DNA of 44,410 nucleotides from Methanobacteriota archaeon (GCA_013290045.1 JABCYU010000003.1:1-44410), one strand, 5' to 3'; positions 29,650 through 38,898 are shown, counted from the stretch's first letter. A program made the numbers and translations. The notes: generated by a model not told the origin, from the sequence alone.

Positions 29650-30194
29650 TTCCTTTGACCTCCGCGGCCAGTCGTAACTTGGCCGGCCTTGGTTCGCCGC
29701 GATTCCTGTTCAGTCAATGCCTCGACGAACTTCTTGGCGAGGACGAGCGACTCGACCTCCTCGCGACGACGGGATTTTTCCGCTTCTATCGCTGTGAAGA
29801 AGTTCTTCAGGATCTGGTTCGGCCTCAGGAAGCTCACTGATGCGGCCTTGACCGAAACGTTGTACACGGTGTCATCGTCATCGGACCGGGTAGGATCTTC
29901 GCAAAGGAGGCCATCTACGCCGTAGGAGACGGGAACTGATTCTTGGATCGCCCCGTCCCAAAATGTTCCAACAACGACCTCGCAGTGAAACTTCTGAATG
30001 AGGGGATCCATGCTCGTGAGTAGTTCCTCGTACTGCGACCGTGTCGCTCCCCTCTCCAGGCGCTCTGGATCGAAGGTGTAGCCCTTCAGAATGCGTTCAG
30101 TCAGCTCCGAGATGTTCAGGCCAAGCTTCTTGGCCGCCTCTACGGTGTCGCCATCAACGGTCAGCGTCAGCTTCTGCTTAAGTTCGGGAGGCAT
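29646..30194 (-). CDS. CcdA/DUF6364-like RHH domain protein with long C-terminal extension
   Basis: KQKLTLTVD.D.VE.AK.LGLNISEL.E; ATG at 30194 preferred. Confidence 0.75.
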   Translation of the reverse strand: MPPELKQKLTLTVDGDTVEAAKKLGLNISELTERILKGYTFDPERLERGATRSQYEELLTSMDPLIQKFHCEVVVGTFWDGAIQESVPVSYGVDGLLCEDPTRSDDDDTVYNVSVKAASVSFLRPNQILKNFFTAIEAEKSRRREEVESLVLAKKFVEALTEQESRRTKAGQVTTGRGGQRK

Positions 30195-30244
30195 ACGTGG
30201 GGTAGCACGTGCCAGGATATAATGTACACGTGTTCGCACACGTG
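30194..30244. promoter_or_regulatory. Two pairs of (C/T)ACGTG boxes flanking a TATA-like TTATAT; putative RHH operator
   Basis: Boxes at 30194, 30206, 30227 and 30239 (12-bp spacing within each pair). Confidence 0.55.
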
Positions 30245-30444
30245 CCTCACACAAACCAGCCCCCGCGTGGGAGCCAGTCCCATCCGACCTGCGCGAGTCC
30301 GGTCGCAGACCACCCTTCGAGCATCGTCAGGTCGATGGAAGGGCACCTGCAGCTCGGACCGGGCAGGTTGTGGGGGTAGCAACCAAGTAAGGAACGGGGG
30401 CAAAGTTTTCCGTGGCACCCTGGATTACCCTCGAAGCCGTTCGG

Positions 30445-31410
30445 CTACGCCCAAGCTCTATCGAATTCGGCCAAGCGCCACTTGAGGGCCTCCTGGGCGG
30501 GGAAATCTTCGGACCGGCGCGGGAGATTCGCCAATGTCTTCCCCTCCCAGTCCAGGACATGATTGGCAGCAGCGGAGCTCCTGAATTCGGGGTCGTCCGC
30601 GATCCGGACGCGAAGATCCTCATCAGGCGTCCACCCAAACTCGTCGAACAATGCGTGGTGGTTCTGGCAAAGGAGCAATCCGTTTCGGACGTCGGCGATG
30701 GTCCCCCGATCCTTGATCGGAATGATGTGGGCCGCCTCCAGTCCGACGCTTCTTCCCCGTACTCGGTAACCCAGCGTGCAAAGGCTGCACTTGCCTCGGT
30801 AGAGTTCCCGGATGACCGTTGTAAACCGGCGATCTCGCTGGATGCGGAGAGACTCGACCAGACTCGGTGACTCGACCTCGAAACGTTGGAAGACTGGGGT
30901 CACCTGCTCGGGAACCGGCAAGGCCGTCCAGTCCAGAGCCTCCCCGCGGAGGACGAAGTGGGTCCCGTCGAATCCTTCGACGTAAGCGAGTCCCATTACC
31001 TTGTACGTCGAGTTCCCAGTTGGGTCACTGACCTGGCGGAAGACGCCCACGGGGGTCTTGTCGGCCTGGCACTGAAGCAGTCCTCGGTTGGTGTGGAGCT
31101 CTTCGATAGACTTCCCCTCTCGCTCCTCGGGGGAATACCGGTAAGTCCAACTGCCGTCGGGATGCCAATACAGGTCCTCGTCGGAGTAAGGTCCCTTCAG
31201 GGTCTGTCGTACCCAGAGGGCGTGAGGGGATCCAGCAGGCTTGTAGATCCCGACTTGAGTCTTGAAGCCTGGAATCCTCGATCGAAGTTCCGCGCTCGTG
31301 AAAGACTGACCGAAGCTTTCTCGAATCTGAAGGAGTGCTTCACGAAGGCGGAGGTCCACGACTCTGTCGAGAGGGTCGCTCACCTTGATGGTGAGCCGCC
31401 GATCCCACAT
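30445..31410 (-). CDS. SRA/PUA-like plus HNH endonuclease (putative modification-dependent, type IV restriction)
   Basis: N-terminal GIYKP...L.VRQT..GPY.D...Y.Y...N.GL..C...PVGVF..Y.V.GL..V; C-terminal CSLC...LEAAHIIP...NGLLLCQNHHALFD. Confidence 0.85.
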   Translation of the reverse strand: MWDRRLTIKVSDPLDRVVDLRLREALLQIRESFGQSFTSAELRSRIPGFKTQVGIYKPAGSPHALWVRQTLKGPYSDEDLYWHPDGSWTYRYSPEEREGKSIEELHTNRGLLQCQADKTPVGVFRQVSDPTGNSTYKVMGLAYVEGFDGTHFVLRGEALDWTALPVPEQVTPVFQRFEVESPSLVESLRIQRDRRFTTVIRELYRGKCSLCTLGYRVRGRSVGLEAAHIIPIKDRGTIADVRNGLLLCQNHHALFDEFGWTPDEDLRVRIADDPEFRSSAAANHVLDWEGKTLANLPRRSEDFPAQEALKWRLAEFDRAWA

Positions 31411-31443
31411 CCAAGTTTCGGGCTAGCTCGGCTGCCCGTGAGA

Positions 31444-31463
31444 GGCGCATCGGAGGTTGCACC
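31444..31463. repeat. Palindromic core site GGCGCAT-CGGAGG-TTGCACC
   Basis: Sits in a 64-bp intergenic gap; central 14 bp identical to 22866-22879. Confidence 0.75.
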
Positions 31464-31474
31464 CCCCGTCGAAT

Positions 31475-32203
31475 CTAGGGGACTATACGGCCGAGCAGGG
31501 CTTTCCGGCGAGTCGCGGCGCTTGCAACATAATGTGTTTCGAAGGCAGAGACTACCCCGTACCCAAGGCCAAGGGCAAGTCCGTCGATTGCACCGAACGC
31601 CCGGAACGCCACCAACGCAGAGATGACTGCGCACAAGCCGAGGATAGGCCCCACAGCAAACGCGGTCGTGTTTAGGAATCTGTGTCCTAGAACTTGCTTA
31701 CGGCTGCCCTCGACCCCATCGGGTTCGCGCAGCATTCCCCACTTCCGCTCGTAGTTCAGAAGCTCGTTGCTCGAAAGTAGATTGTTGATCTTCTCCTCAT
31801 CGTCGTGAGCGGCTGCCCCTTGGGTGGTGTTGGTGTCGAAGAGGTGGGCAACTAGGTGAAACAGCGTCAAGACCAGGAGGGGAAGCAGAAGAACCAATTC
31901 GGATGTCCCAGTAAGGATGGAGTAGCCAAGCAGGAGAAAGATCCCGGACAGGAAGATCTGAACGTAGGTCGAGTAGAGCACCTGGTTTGAGAGAATTTCA
32001 GATCGACGTTGCCGGTATGACTCCAGTACTGCCTCAACCTTGAGGCGAGTCACTTCGTGATCGTACGAAGGCGACTCCGGAAGAGCTTCCCAAGGAGTGC
32101 CTTCAGTGGCTCTGGACGCGCCTTCGGGGTTCGTTTCATCCAGGATGGTGGCAGTTGCTAGAGGCCGAATGAGCGCCGAGGCCGTACTGGCGCCTCCCTT
32201 CAC
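31475..32203 (-). CDS. Four-TM membrane protein ('E.Y...R.EI' type)
   Basis: LESYRQRRSEI followed by two TM segments, EEKIN linker, then two TM segments; start uncertain. Confidence 0.65.
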   Translation of the reverse strand: MKGGASTASALIRPLATATILDETNPEGASRATEGTPWEALPESPSYDHEVTRLKVEAVLESYRQRRSEILSNQVLYSTYVQIFLSGIFLLLGYSILTGTSELVLLLPLLVLTLFHLVAHLFDTNTTQGAAAHDDEEKINNLLSSNELLNYERKWGMLREPDGVEGSRKQVLGHRFLNTTAFAVGPILGLCAVISALVAFRAFGAIDGLALGLGYGVVSAFETHYVASAATRRKALLGRIVP

Positions 32204-32502
32204 GACCCTCTCCCCGCTGCCGCTCCGGCGGTCTGACCCGACGGGACGGGCCTGTTCGACCAGACGCGGCCCCAGAAGAAGTTACCCATAGCCCCCCTGT
32301 TCTCGAGAATGTCGTCGGAGAATGACCGGGCCCTGTCGGACGCCGGGCGACAAGGACGCGGGCGTCTCGACGGGCACTCAGTCGCCGAGTTTAGAGGGGA
32401 ACTGAGGTTGTACACGACGCTCTCTCGGAGAACGAGGATCCGACCGTTTCGATCCCTCTCCGAGCCGGTATATACTTGGCGCTAACTAGGCCCCATGCGT
32501 CA

Positions 32503-33381
32503 ATGAAGACTTGGGGAGACTTAGCGCCTGACCGCCGTCAGGCAGAGGCGGGTTCATTCCTGAAATGGGCTGGGGGAAAGGCCCAGGTCTATCTTTCCCT
32601 TCGGAAGTTCATTCCTGAGCTCCGGGAGGGAACCTACTATGAGCCGTTTCTCGGTGGCGGAGCGGTCTACTTCGCCCTAAGCCCAGAACGAGCTGTGTTG
32701 TCGGACATCAATCGCGAGCTCATTGTGGCCTATCAAGTGGTAAGAGACGATGTCGAGGGATTGATTGGGGCGTTAGCCGCCCTGCCATCACACCCGACCT
32801 CGGCAGAGTTCTACGAGACGAGGTCGACCTTTAACGAGCTCAAATCGAGGTCGGGGGCTCGATCGCCAGGAGCGAAGAGAGAGCTGGCGGCTCGCTTCAT
32901 CTGGCTGAACCACACCTGCTTCAACGGTCTCTACCGGGTGAACTCCAAAGGGGAGTTCAACGTTCCGATGGGCTCGTACCGAAACCCGAGAATCTACTCG
33001 CCGGGGAACCTTCGCGCGGTGAGCCGCTTGCTTTCCGGAACCCACGCAAGGATTCTCTGCCTCGACTTCGAGACCAGCCTCGCCCGGGCTGGGGACGGGG
33101 ACCTGGCGTACCTCGATCCGCCCTACCAGCCGGTCTCTGCAACCGCCAGCTTCACCTCCTACACTAGATCAGGATTCGGCCCCGAACAACAGCAACGCCT
33201 CGCGGCGGCGGTCCGTGCAGCGGTGGCCCGGGGCTGCAGAATCGTGCTGAGCAACTCGTCGACGAGTTTCGTAAAAGGGCTCTACATCGGAATGCGAATG
33301 GAGACGGTTCGGGCTCCCCGGGCGATCAACTCGGTCGGCTCGAAACGGGCCGCGGTTGAAGAGTTGGTCGTTGTCGCATAG
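32503..33381 (+). CDS. dam: Dam/DpnM-family DNA adenine methyltransferase
   Basis: FLKWAGGK; YYEPFLGGGAV; LNHTCFNGLYRVNSKGEFNVPMG; YLDPPY; TATATA box at about 32469. Confidence 0.96.
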   Translation: MKTWGDLAPDRRQAEAGSFLKWAGGKAQVYLSLRKFIPELREGTYYEPFLGGGAVYFALSPERAVLSDINRELIVAYQVVRDDVEGLIGALAALPSHPTSAEFYETRSTFNELKSRSGARSPGAKRELAARFIWLNHTCFNGLYRVNSKGEFNVPMGSYRNPRIYSPGNLRAVSRLLSGTHARILCLDFETSLARAGDGDLAYLDPPYQPVSATASFTSYTRSGFGPEQQQRLAAAVRAAVARGCRIVLSNSSTSFVKGLYIGMRMETVRAPRAINSVGSKRAAVEELVVVA

Positions 33382-33419
33382 GCGCAATCCGATTCGGCCA
33401 CGCCCCTCGTCCTCGGACC

Positions 33420-34406
33420 TCACCACCACTTCGAGCTCTCCCGAAACACTGACGCCGACTCTCCATGGGCTGGCTTCCGGAATACGTACAGGTGTTCATG
33501 AGCGAGGAGGAGGAAGTCGTACTTCGATCCTGACCAACTCTCGCGTGTGGACTTCATCTTCCACTGGACTTTAGTGATGTCTTCCCTGAGGACAAACCCC
33601 GCCTCCAGAAACGACTGCATGACCCGGACCGAGATGGGAACGAAGTGCCGATGCCTTCGAGTGTCCCCCATCAAGATGGCGCAGTGCCGCCCCGGTCGGA
33701 CGACCCGAAAGAATTCGCCCGCAGTCGCACGCATTTGGTCGACGAACTCCGACACGCTTCTGATGCGCGAGAGGTCCCCGGCAATCCGGTCACCCGAGTA
33801 GGCGACAATGCTGGCATACGGGGGGTGGGTGGCCAATAGATCAACCGAGTCGGAATGGATCTCGTCGAGATCCCGCGCGTCCCCGACGTACGTCCTGATC
33901 TCCGGTTCGACGTGATCGGGGTCCAGCGAACCCAAGGCGAAGTTCAGCCGATCTCGGGTAACCATGATGGCATCGCGATTAATGTCCACCCCGATACCAC
34001 GTCGATGTAGCAGCCTGCACTCGGTCAGGGTCGTCCCGCTACCGACCATCGGATCGAGGACCAGCTCCCCCGGGGCGCTGTACCGCAAGAGCAGGTTCCT
34101 CGGGATGTACGGCGACCAGTTTCCCCGGTAGTTTCCCGAATGGGTTGCCCAGTCTCCTCGGTCAGGGAAGGACCAGACGGTGGTCCGCTCCGGCTTGTAC
34201 TCGGCAGGGGGGCCAATGGAGTCAATTGTGTACGGGCCTCGGAGACCCAACTCGACGCTCTCTATACCGACCGACCCGTGGGTCGCTCTGAATCGCACGT
34301 AGTCGGCCTGGGTCACCTCCAGCATAGGCTGGGGGGCCGTCTCAAGCACGGCAGAGGACATTGCCCTCCGCTTCCTCGGCCGTGGCTTGGTCTTTCCAAG
34401 GGTCAT
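33420..34406 (-). CDS. N4/N6 amino DNA methyltransferase (second MTase of the RM locus)
   Basis: WATH.G.YRGNWSPYIPRNLLLRYS; VLDPMVGSGTT motif I; THPPY motif IV; start 34406 or 34361. Confidence 0.9.
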   Translation of the reverse strand: MTLGKTKPRPRKRRAMSSAVLETAPQPMLEVTQADYVRFRATHGSVGIESVELGLRGPYTIDSIGPPAEYKPERTTVWSFPDRGDWATHSGNYRGNWSPYIPRNLLLRYSAPGELVLDPMVGSGTTLTECRLLHRRGIGVDINRDAIMVTRDRLNFALGSLDPDHVEPEIRTYVGDARDLDEIHSDSVDLLATHPPYASIVAYSGDRIAGDLSRIRSVSEFVDQMRATAGEFFRVVRPGRHCAILMGDTRRHRHFVPISVRVMQSFLEAGFVLREDITKVQWKMKSTRESWSGSKYDFLLLAHEHLYVFRKPAHGESASVFRESSKWW

Positions 34407-34491
34407 GAACGATGAGAGCTGGTCAGCCTGAGAGGAGGGTATAGCCTGAACGGGTGACTCGGGGAACCACCATCCGAGGTCCGTCCTAGTA

Positions 34492-34511
34492 GGTGCAATC
34501 AGCATTTCAAC
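34492..34511. repeat. Palindromic core site GGTGCAA-TCAGCA-TTTCAAC
   Basis: Between the divergent MTase and REase genes. Confidence 0.6.
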
Positions 34512-34533
34512 CACGGCCGGCTCGATCCTAAGG

Positions 34534-35676
34534 ATGTCTTCGGCGGGACAGCGGCTGACCGAGTTCTTCGCGACTCTTGACGTCGCTGGCGATGAGCCGA
34601 TAGGAAAGCCTGCGGGAGCGCTTCCCGAAACCCTTAGGCCAGCCTTCCCCGACGCGAAAGAATTCTACGACCTGCTTGGCCAAGTGCAAGCCGTTGGCAG
34701 TAGAGCACACGACGTGCCAAGTCAAAAGCACATCCTCGCTCTAATCCTAGAAAACGACCCGCGATTGTTCTTGGTCCTGTCCCATCTGCATAGACAGATT
34801 CGATTCACCAACGTAGAGATAGCTCGAACCTTGTTCGACCCGAAACGGCTCGATGACCCCGACTACTACACTGGAGCACTCACCCGCGACCCCGAGTTTC
34901 GGAGGGCGTACTCGAAGGCCCGAAAGTGGCGAGAACTCGAGCTTTCGGGGGTGAACTCGCGGACCGGAACCCTAGCGGCGGGCAAGAAGGCCATCAGCGG
35001 CTACATGGGCTCTGAAGAAAGGTGTTGGGAGCTATGGCTCTCACGGATTCGATCTGACCCAGAGACAAGGGAAAGGGTCATCGACTACCTATTCGACCAT
35101 GAAGATCTAGGGGAGCTGATACAGGAGGGTGCCATAGAACAAGCCCTTCGCAGGAGCCTACGTACTACGAATGTCGAGAAGGTGAAGTCCCTCCGCGGAA
35201 CATTTGGAGCTGGGAAGATACGACGAATCCTCCAGGAGGGAGGATTCACCTCGACCGACCACGAGGGGGAGCAGAGCGACATCTCGGACCTGCCTCAACT
35301 CGCGAAGAGAAATGCGCTGGTGGGACCCCTGTTCGCCAGCGAGGTGAACTGGGAGAAAGAGAAGCGCTTCGACTTCGCCCTCTTCAACCAGCGTGAGGTG
35401 CGGTTCGTGGTGGAGACCACGTACTACTCCACTTCCATGTCGAAAATCGGCGAGGTGATCAAGCACTTCGAAGATTTGCGGGCGAAGTGCGCGGACAGCT
35501 TCCATCTCTTCTTCCTCACCGACGGGATCGGTTGGTTCGGCAAGGTGAAGGACATTCGTAGGATGCTGGGCTTTGGAGCCGAGGCGGCAGATGGCACCGG
35601 TCAGTTCCCATATCTGCTAACATACCATCAATTCACCGACCTGTTGCCGGAAATCACCAAGGCTCTCAACGGCTAA
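34534..35676 (+). CDS. DpnII-family type II restriction endonuclease
   Basis: KRFDFAL...VETTYYS.S.SK..E...F.FLTDG.GW matches the DpnII C-terminal signature; adjacent to Dam-like MTases. Confidence 0.85.
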   Translation: MSSAGQRLTEFFATLDVAGDEPIGKPAGALPETLRPAFPDAKEFYDLLGQVQAVGSRAHDVPSQKHILALILENDPRLFLVLSHLHRQIRFTNVEIARTLFDPKRLDDPDYYTGALTRDPEFRRAYSKARKWRELELSGVNSRTGTLAAGKKAISGYMGSEERCWELWLSRIRSDPETRERVIDYLFDHEDLGELIQEGAIEQALRRSLRTTNVEKVKSLRGTFGAGKIRRILQEGGFTSTDHEGEQSDISDLPQLAKRNALVGPLFASEVNWEKEKRFDFALFNQREVRFVVETTYYSTSMSKIGEVIKHFEDLRAKCADSFHLFFLTDGIGWFGKVKDIRRMLGFGAEAADGTGQFPYLLTYHQFTDLLPEITKALNG

Positions 35677-35787
35677 TGGATCAACCATGAAGTGGTCCCG
35701 CGTAAGGCTGGGGAGGTAACTTACATCGAAATGCGGTACATGACTTCATAAAGCGGCCCGGGTTGGAGGAAACGCCCTTCGGAGCAA

Positions 35788-37368
35788 ATGCCGTCAGGTG
35801 AGTGGATACTCGATACGTCCCCGACGAAGCGGGTCTACTACTCCATAATTGCCGATTATGGGCTGAACCTCGCGATTTGCGAACTCGTGGATAACGTGGT
35901 CGACTCTTGGACCCGACGAGGGCGACCGGGAAAGGCGCGTGTCACGATCGATATCGATCTCGACCAACAGACCATCAAGATTGCAGACAATGCGGGGGGT
36001 GTTCCTCGGAATGAATTGCAATACATCGTCGGACCGGGTCATACAGGCAACGATCCCGCGGATCCCTCGATCGGCATATTCGGGGTCGGGACCAAGCGAG
36101 CAGTCGTTGCGCTCGCCGAAGATACTCAAATCAGGACGCGCTTTGAGGAAAAGCCGACCTACAAGATCCGCCTTGACCAAGCGTGGCTTGAACTCCAGTC
36201 CTGGGACCTGCCCTACGAGGTAGCCGGAGACATCGACCCGAATAGCACCGTTATCGAGCTGAGCAGGTTAAGGAAACCCATAACCACAGAGGAGCTAGCA
36301 GGACTCAAGGCCCATCTCGGGGCGACTTACGCCCGATTCATAGATTCGTCGAAGTTGGGGATTCAGTTTCAGGGCGAAACAATCGAGTCCATCCATTTTG
36401 AAGCTTGGGCCTTCCCCCCGGAGTATCGACCTAGACGATACAGAGGTACCATCGACGCAGGCGTCGATGGTCAGGTCAGAGTCGACATGACCGGAGGCCT
36501 AACTCAAGAATCTAGTCCGGGCACCGGGGAGTATGGTTTGTACGTCTACTGCAACGGCCGCTTGGTAGGCCGCGCGCTCAAGGGCGCGGATGTGGGCTTT
36601 ACGAAGGGGCTTGTGGGCATGCCACATCCCGACATATCTCTTACGAGATTAATCGTCTTGTTGGACGGTCCGGCTAAACTCATGCCTTGGAACAGCAGCA
36701 AGTCCGGAATTAACACCCAGAGCGGAATCTTCCAATTGCTTCAGGGTTGGACGATCCCGATTCTCAAGTCTTTCGCTTCGGTATCGCGGGGGTTGTCGAA
36801 AGTCGATGGTTCTTGGCGCGAAAACGTGTTCAAGTTTGACCACGGTTCTCCCGAGGAGCGTCCGCTTGGCAATTCGCCTCAGGTCGCACGACTTCATCTT
36901 CCACCGATCCCCAAGTCGAAACCGAGATTGGCCGAACGCCTTGCAAAACTAAACGAACCGGTAACCACAGCCAAACCCTGGACACGAGGCCTGTTTGAGG
37001 GCGTGGCCGCCGCGCGGCTGATCGCATCTGGCCGCTACGAACAAGGGAACAGGATTGCACTGATTGTGCTGGATTCGACCCTGGAGATAGGGTTCAAGGA
37101 GTTCCTGGTCAACCGGGGGGGTGGAGGATATTCAGATACGCGCTTGCAGGCCATATTTTCCAATCGCAGGCTTGTTGACGACGAGATTCACAAGGTCGCA
37201 AAGTTCCCAAGGAAGGAGCTGGCTCAGATTCGCTTCTATTACAACCTAAGATGCGATCTCATCCATCGAAAGGCTTCTATTTCAATATCGGACAATCAGA
37301 TCGCCGATTACGCCGACATCGTGGAGAAGGCACTCAGGAGGTTGTTCGGGTTGAAATTCTCCGAGTGA
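35788..37368 (+). CDS. GHKL (MORC/Hsp90-like) ATPase fused to a C-terminal HEPN domain
   Basis: ICELVDNVVDS, IADNAGG, IGIFGVGTKRA, STVIEL; S5-like YVYCNGRLV; C-terminal LIVLD..LE...K.FL...YNLRCDLIH (RxxxxH). Confidence 0.88.
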   Translation: MPSGEWILDTSPTKRVYYSIIADYGLNLAICELVDNVVDSWTRRGRPGKARVTIDIDLDQQTIKIADNAGGVPRNELQYIVGPGHTGNDPADPSIGIFGVGTKRAVVALAEDTQIRTRFEEKPTYKIRLDQAWLELQSWDLPYEVAGDIDPNSTVIELSRLRKPITTEELAGLKAHLGATYARFIDSSKLGIQFQGETIESIHFEAWAFPPEYRPRRYRGTIDAGVDGQVRVDMTGGLTQESSPGTGEYGLYVYCNGRLVGRALKGADVGFTKGLVGMPHPDISLTRLIVLLDGPAKLMPWNSSKSGINTQSGIFQLLQGWTIPILKSFASVSRGLSKVDGSWRENVFKFDHGSPEERPLGNSPQVARLHLPPIPKSKPRLAERLAKLNEPVTTAKPWTRGLFEGVAAARLIASGRYEQGNRIALIVLDSTLEIGFKEFLVNRGGGGYSDTRLQAIFSNRRLVDDEIHKVAKFPRKELAQIRFYYNLRCDLIHRKASISISDNQIADYADIVEKALRRLFGLKFSE

Positions 37369-37447
37369 TGAGGCACCCGCGAGGGAACCGGATGAATTCT
37401 CCTTGGAACCAGGATCTCCGACCCAGGTAAGAAAGACTCGACTCAGA

Positions 37448-37467
37448 GGTGCAAAGCGGATTGCAAC
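37448..37467. repeat. Palindromic core site GGTGCAA-AGCGGA-TTGCAAC
   Basis: 80 bp after the GHKL-HEPN stop codon. Confidence 0.8.
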
Positions 37468-37770
37468 TCCATGGCGAAGAACGACGCGTCCCGATAGGGT
37501 ACGCCCGACCTCCGCTCTGAGCCCGGGTCCCAGTGGTGCTCCGATCATCGCGGGGGAGGCTCCTCGGAGTCCCGGTCACGCACTGAGAGGAGACGGGCGA
37601 AAGGGAACCGTTGCCCCCACCCTCAACGGGTGCGTTTTCTATGAGGCCCCCGAGGTCCACATCAGACACTTCCGTTCAACCACGACGGATAGGTCTTAAT
37701 CAGTGGTAAGCCTGACACGAAGTCGGCCCCTTATCCGTGGTCGGACGATCGCTAACGTCGAGGGTTCATC

Positions 37771-38343
37771 TTGGGAAACGCCATTGATCTTCACGACGTG
37801 CCGAAGCAGGCATGGGCTGGAGCGGGAAAGCAGGGAAGATTTGGATTCTACAGCGCCGTAGTTCTGTCAATTTTGCTGTCGGCTATCGGCGTCTGGGGGT
37901 TTCTGGCGATTGCACAACGAGAGTGGCCCGACGGTCAATTTTGGACGGACCTCCCGGAGTTGATTGGGATTGGCGTCTTCCTCTACGGGTTCGTCGGAGT
38001 GTTGACCTGGGTGTCATTCACCAGGCAGGGAAAACCTGCGATCGGTCTGGACTTGGACGGAGGTGGCATCCAAATCCGGTATTCTTGGTTTGGCCCTCTC
38101 CTGCTCAGATGGGATGACCCCACTTTCCGGCTAAGATTTCAAAAAGTTAGGAGGTGGTTGAACCCTGAACAGAGTGTGGACTATCGAGTCGCCTACTTCA
38201 GATGGAAGCCACCACTCTTCCTGCGCGAGACCGAGTTCCAAACGCTCATAGACGCAGCAAGCTCTGCGGGAATGAAGGTCGAGACGGTGAATCCCACCCA
38301 GTGGCCAATCAACGAGGTTGTGTCGATTCGAGGGCGCGCATAG
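37771..38343 (+). CDS. Two-TM membrane protein with soluble C-terminal domain
   Basis: Two hydrophobic helices followed by a beta-rich domain. Confidence 0.7.
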   Translation: MGNAIDLHDVPKQAWAGAGKQGRFGFYSAVVLSILLSAIGVWGFLAIAQREWPDGQFWTDLPELIGIGVFLYGFVGVLTWVSFTRQGKPAIGLDLDGGGIQIRYSWFGPLLLRWDDPTFRLRFQKVRRWLNPEQSVDYRVAYFRWKPPLFLRETEFQTLIDAASSAGMKVETVNPTQWPINEVVSIRGRA

Positions 38344-38676
38344 GCTCGCGATAGCTCGAATTCCAAGGCGCTTCCGGGCACCGGTCCCTGCCCTGAACAG
38401 GGAACCATGCGGGACCCCCTCTAGTCTCTCGTGCCCCGCTCCTTTGAGGGGCGTCGGGGTTGAGTAGGCCCCCCTCGGGGCGGGATTGAACGGTCCGCAG
38501 GCCCGATTGGGGGAAACCGGTCGCCGGGGGAAAGGCTCGCGATGCCCCAGGGAAGCCATCTCGCGCGCAAGGTGTCCGATGAAGTCAGTCCAATGACGGT
38601 GACGGGCTACTGACCGAAAGTCCCCCTGCACGGCTCGAGGGCGTCGCTGATCACGACGTGACAAGGCCTCGGGATG

Positions 38677-38696
38677 GGTGAAAAGTGTATTGCACT
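38677..38696. repeat. Palindromic core site GGTGAAA-AGTGTA-TTGCACT
   Basis: Between convergent genes; shares GTGTATTGCA with the 42157 site. Confidence 0.65.
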
Positions 38697-38898
38697 TGAC
38701 TAGAGAGATGCGGAAATTGGGAGCCTGTCCGCATGACCAACCCGCCAGGCTCGGTCACCAGGCCTTTACGACTGTGCCACCGGCGCCGGCCGAACACCTG
38801 GTCAGTTTCGCTGGGTAATCGAGGGACCCCGTGGGAACACATGACCCCACCCGTAACGGGTGGGTTTCCGGACAGGGGAGACCTTCGTGATCGAAGCC

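Larger units (their letters stand above)
17871..38696. mobile_element. Candidate ~20.8-kb tyrosine-recombinase element/defence island with inverted homologous ends
   Basis: Core site, TTCGGTCAGTAGCC (17965-17978) and CCCCGAGGGGGGC (18049-18061) on the left are mirrored by 38468-38480, 38605-38618 and core site 38677-38696 on the right; the interior looks less GC-rich by eye. Confidence 0.55.

Noticed and set aside
38468-38500. Reverse-strand GTTCAATCCCGC, T-loop-like
   Set aside because: No cloverleaf can be built; better explained as part of the element-end homology
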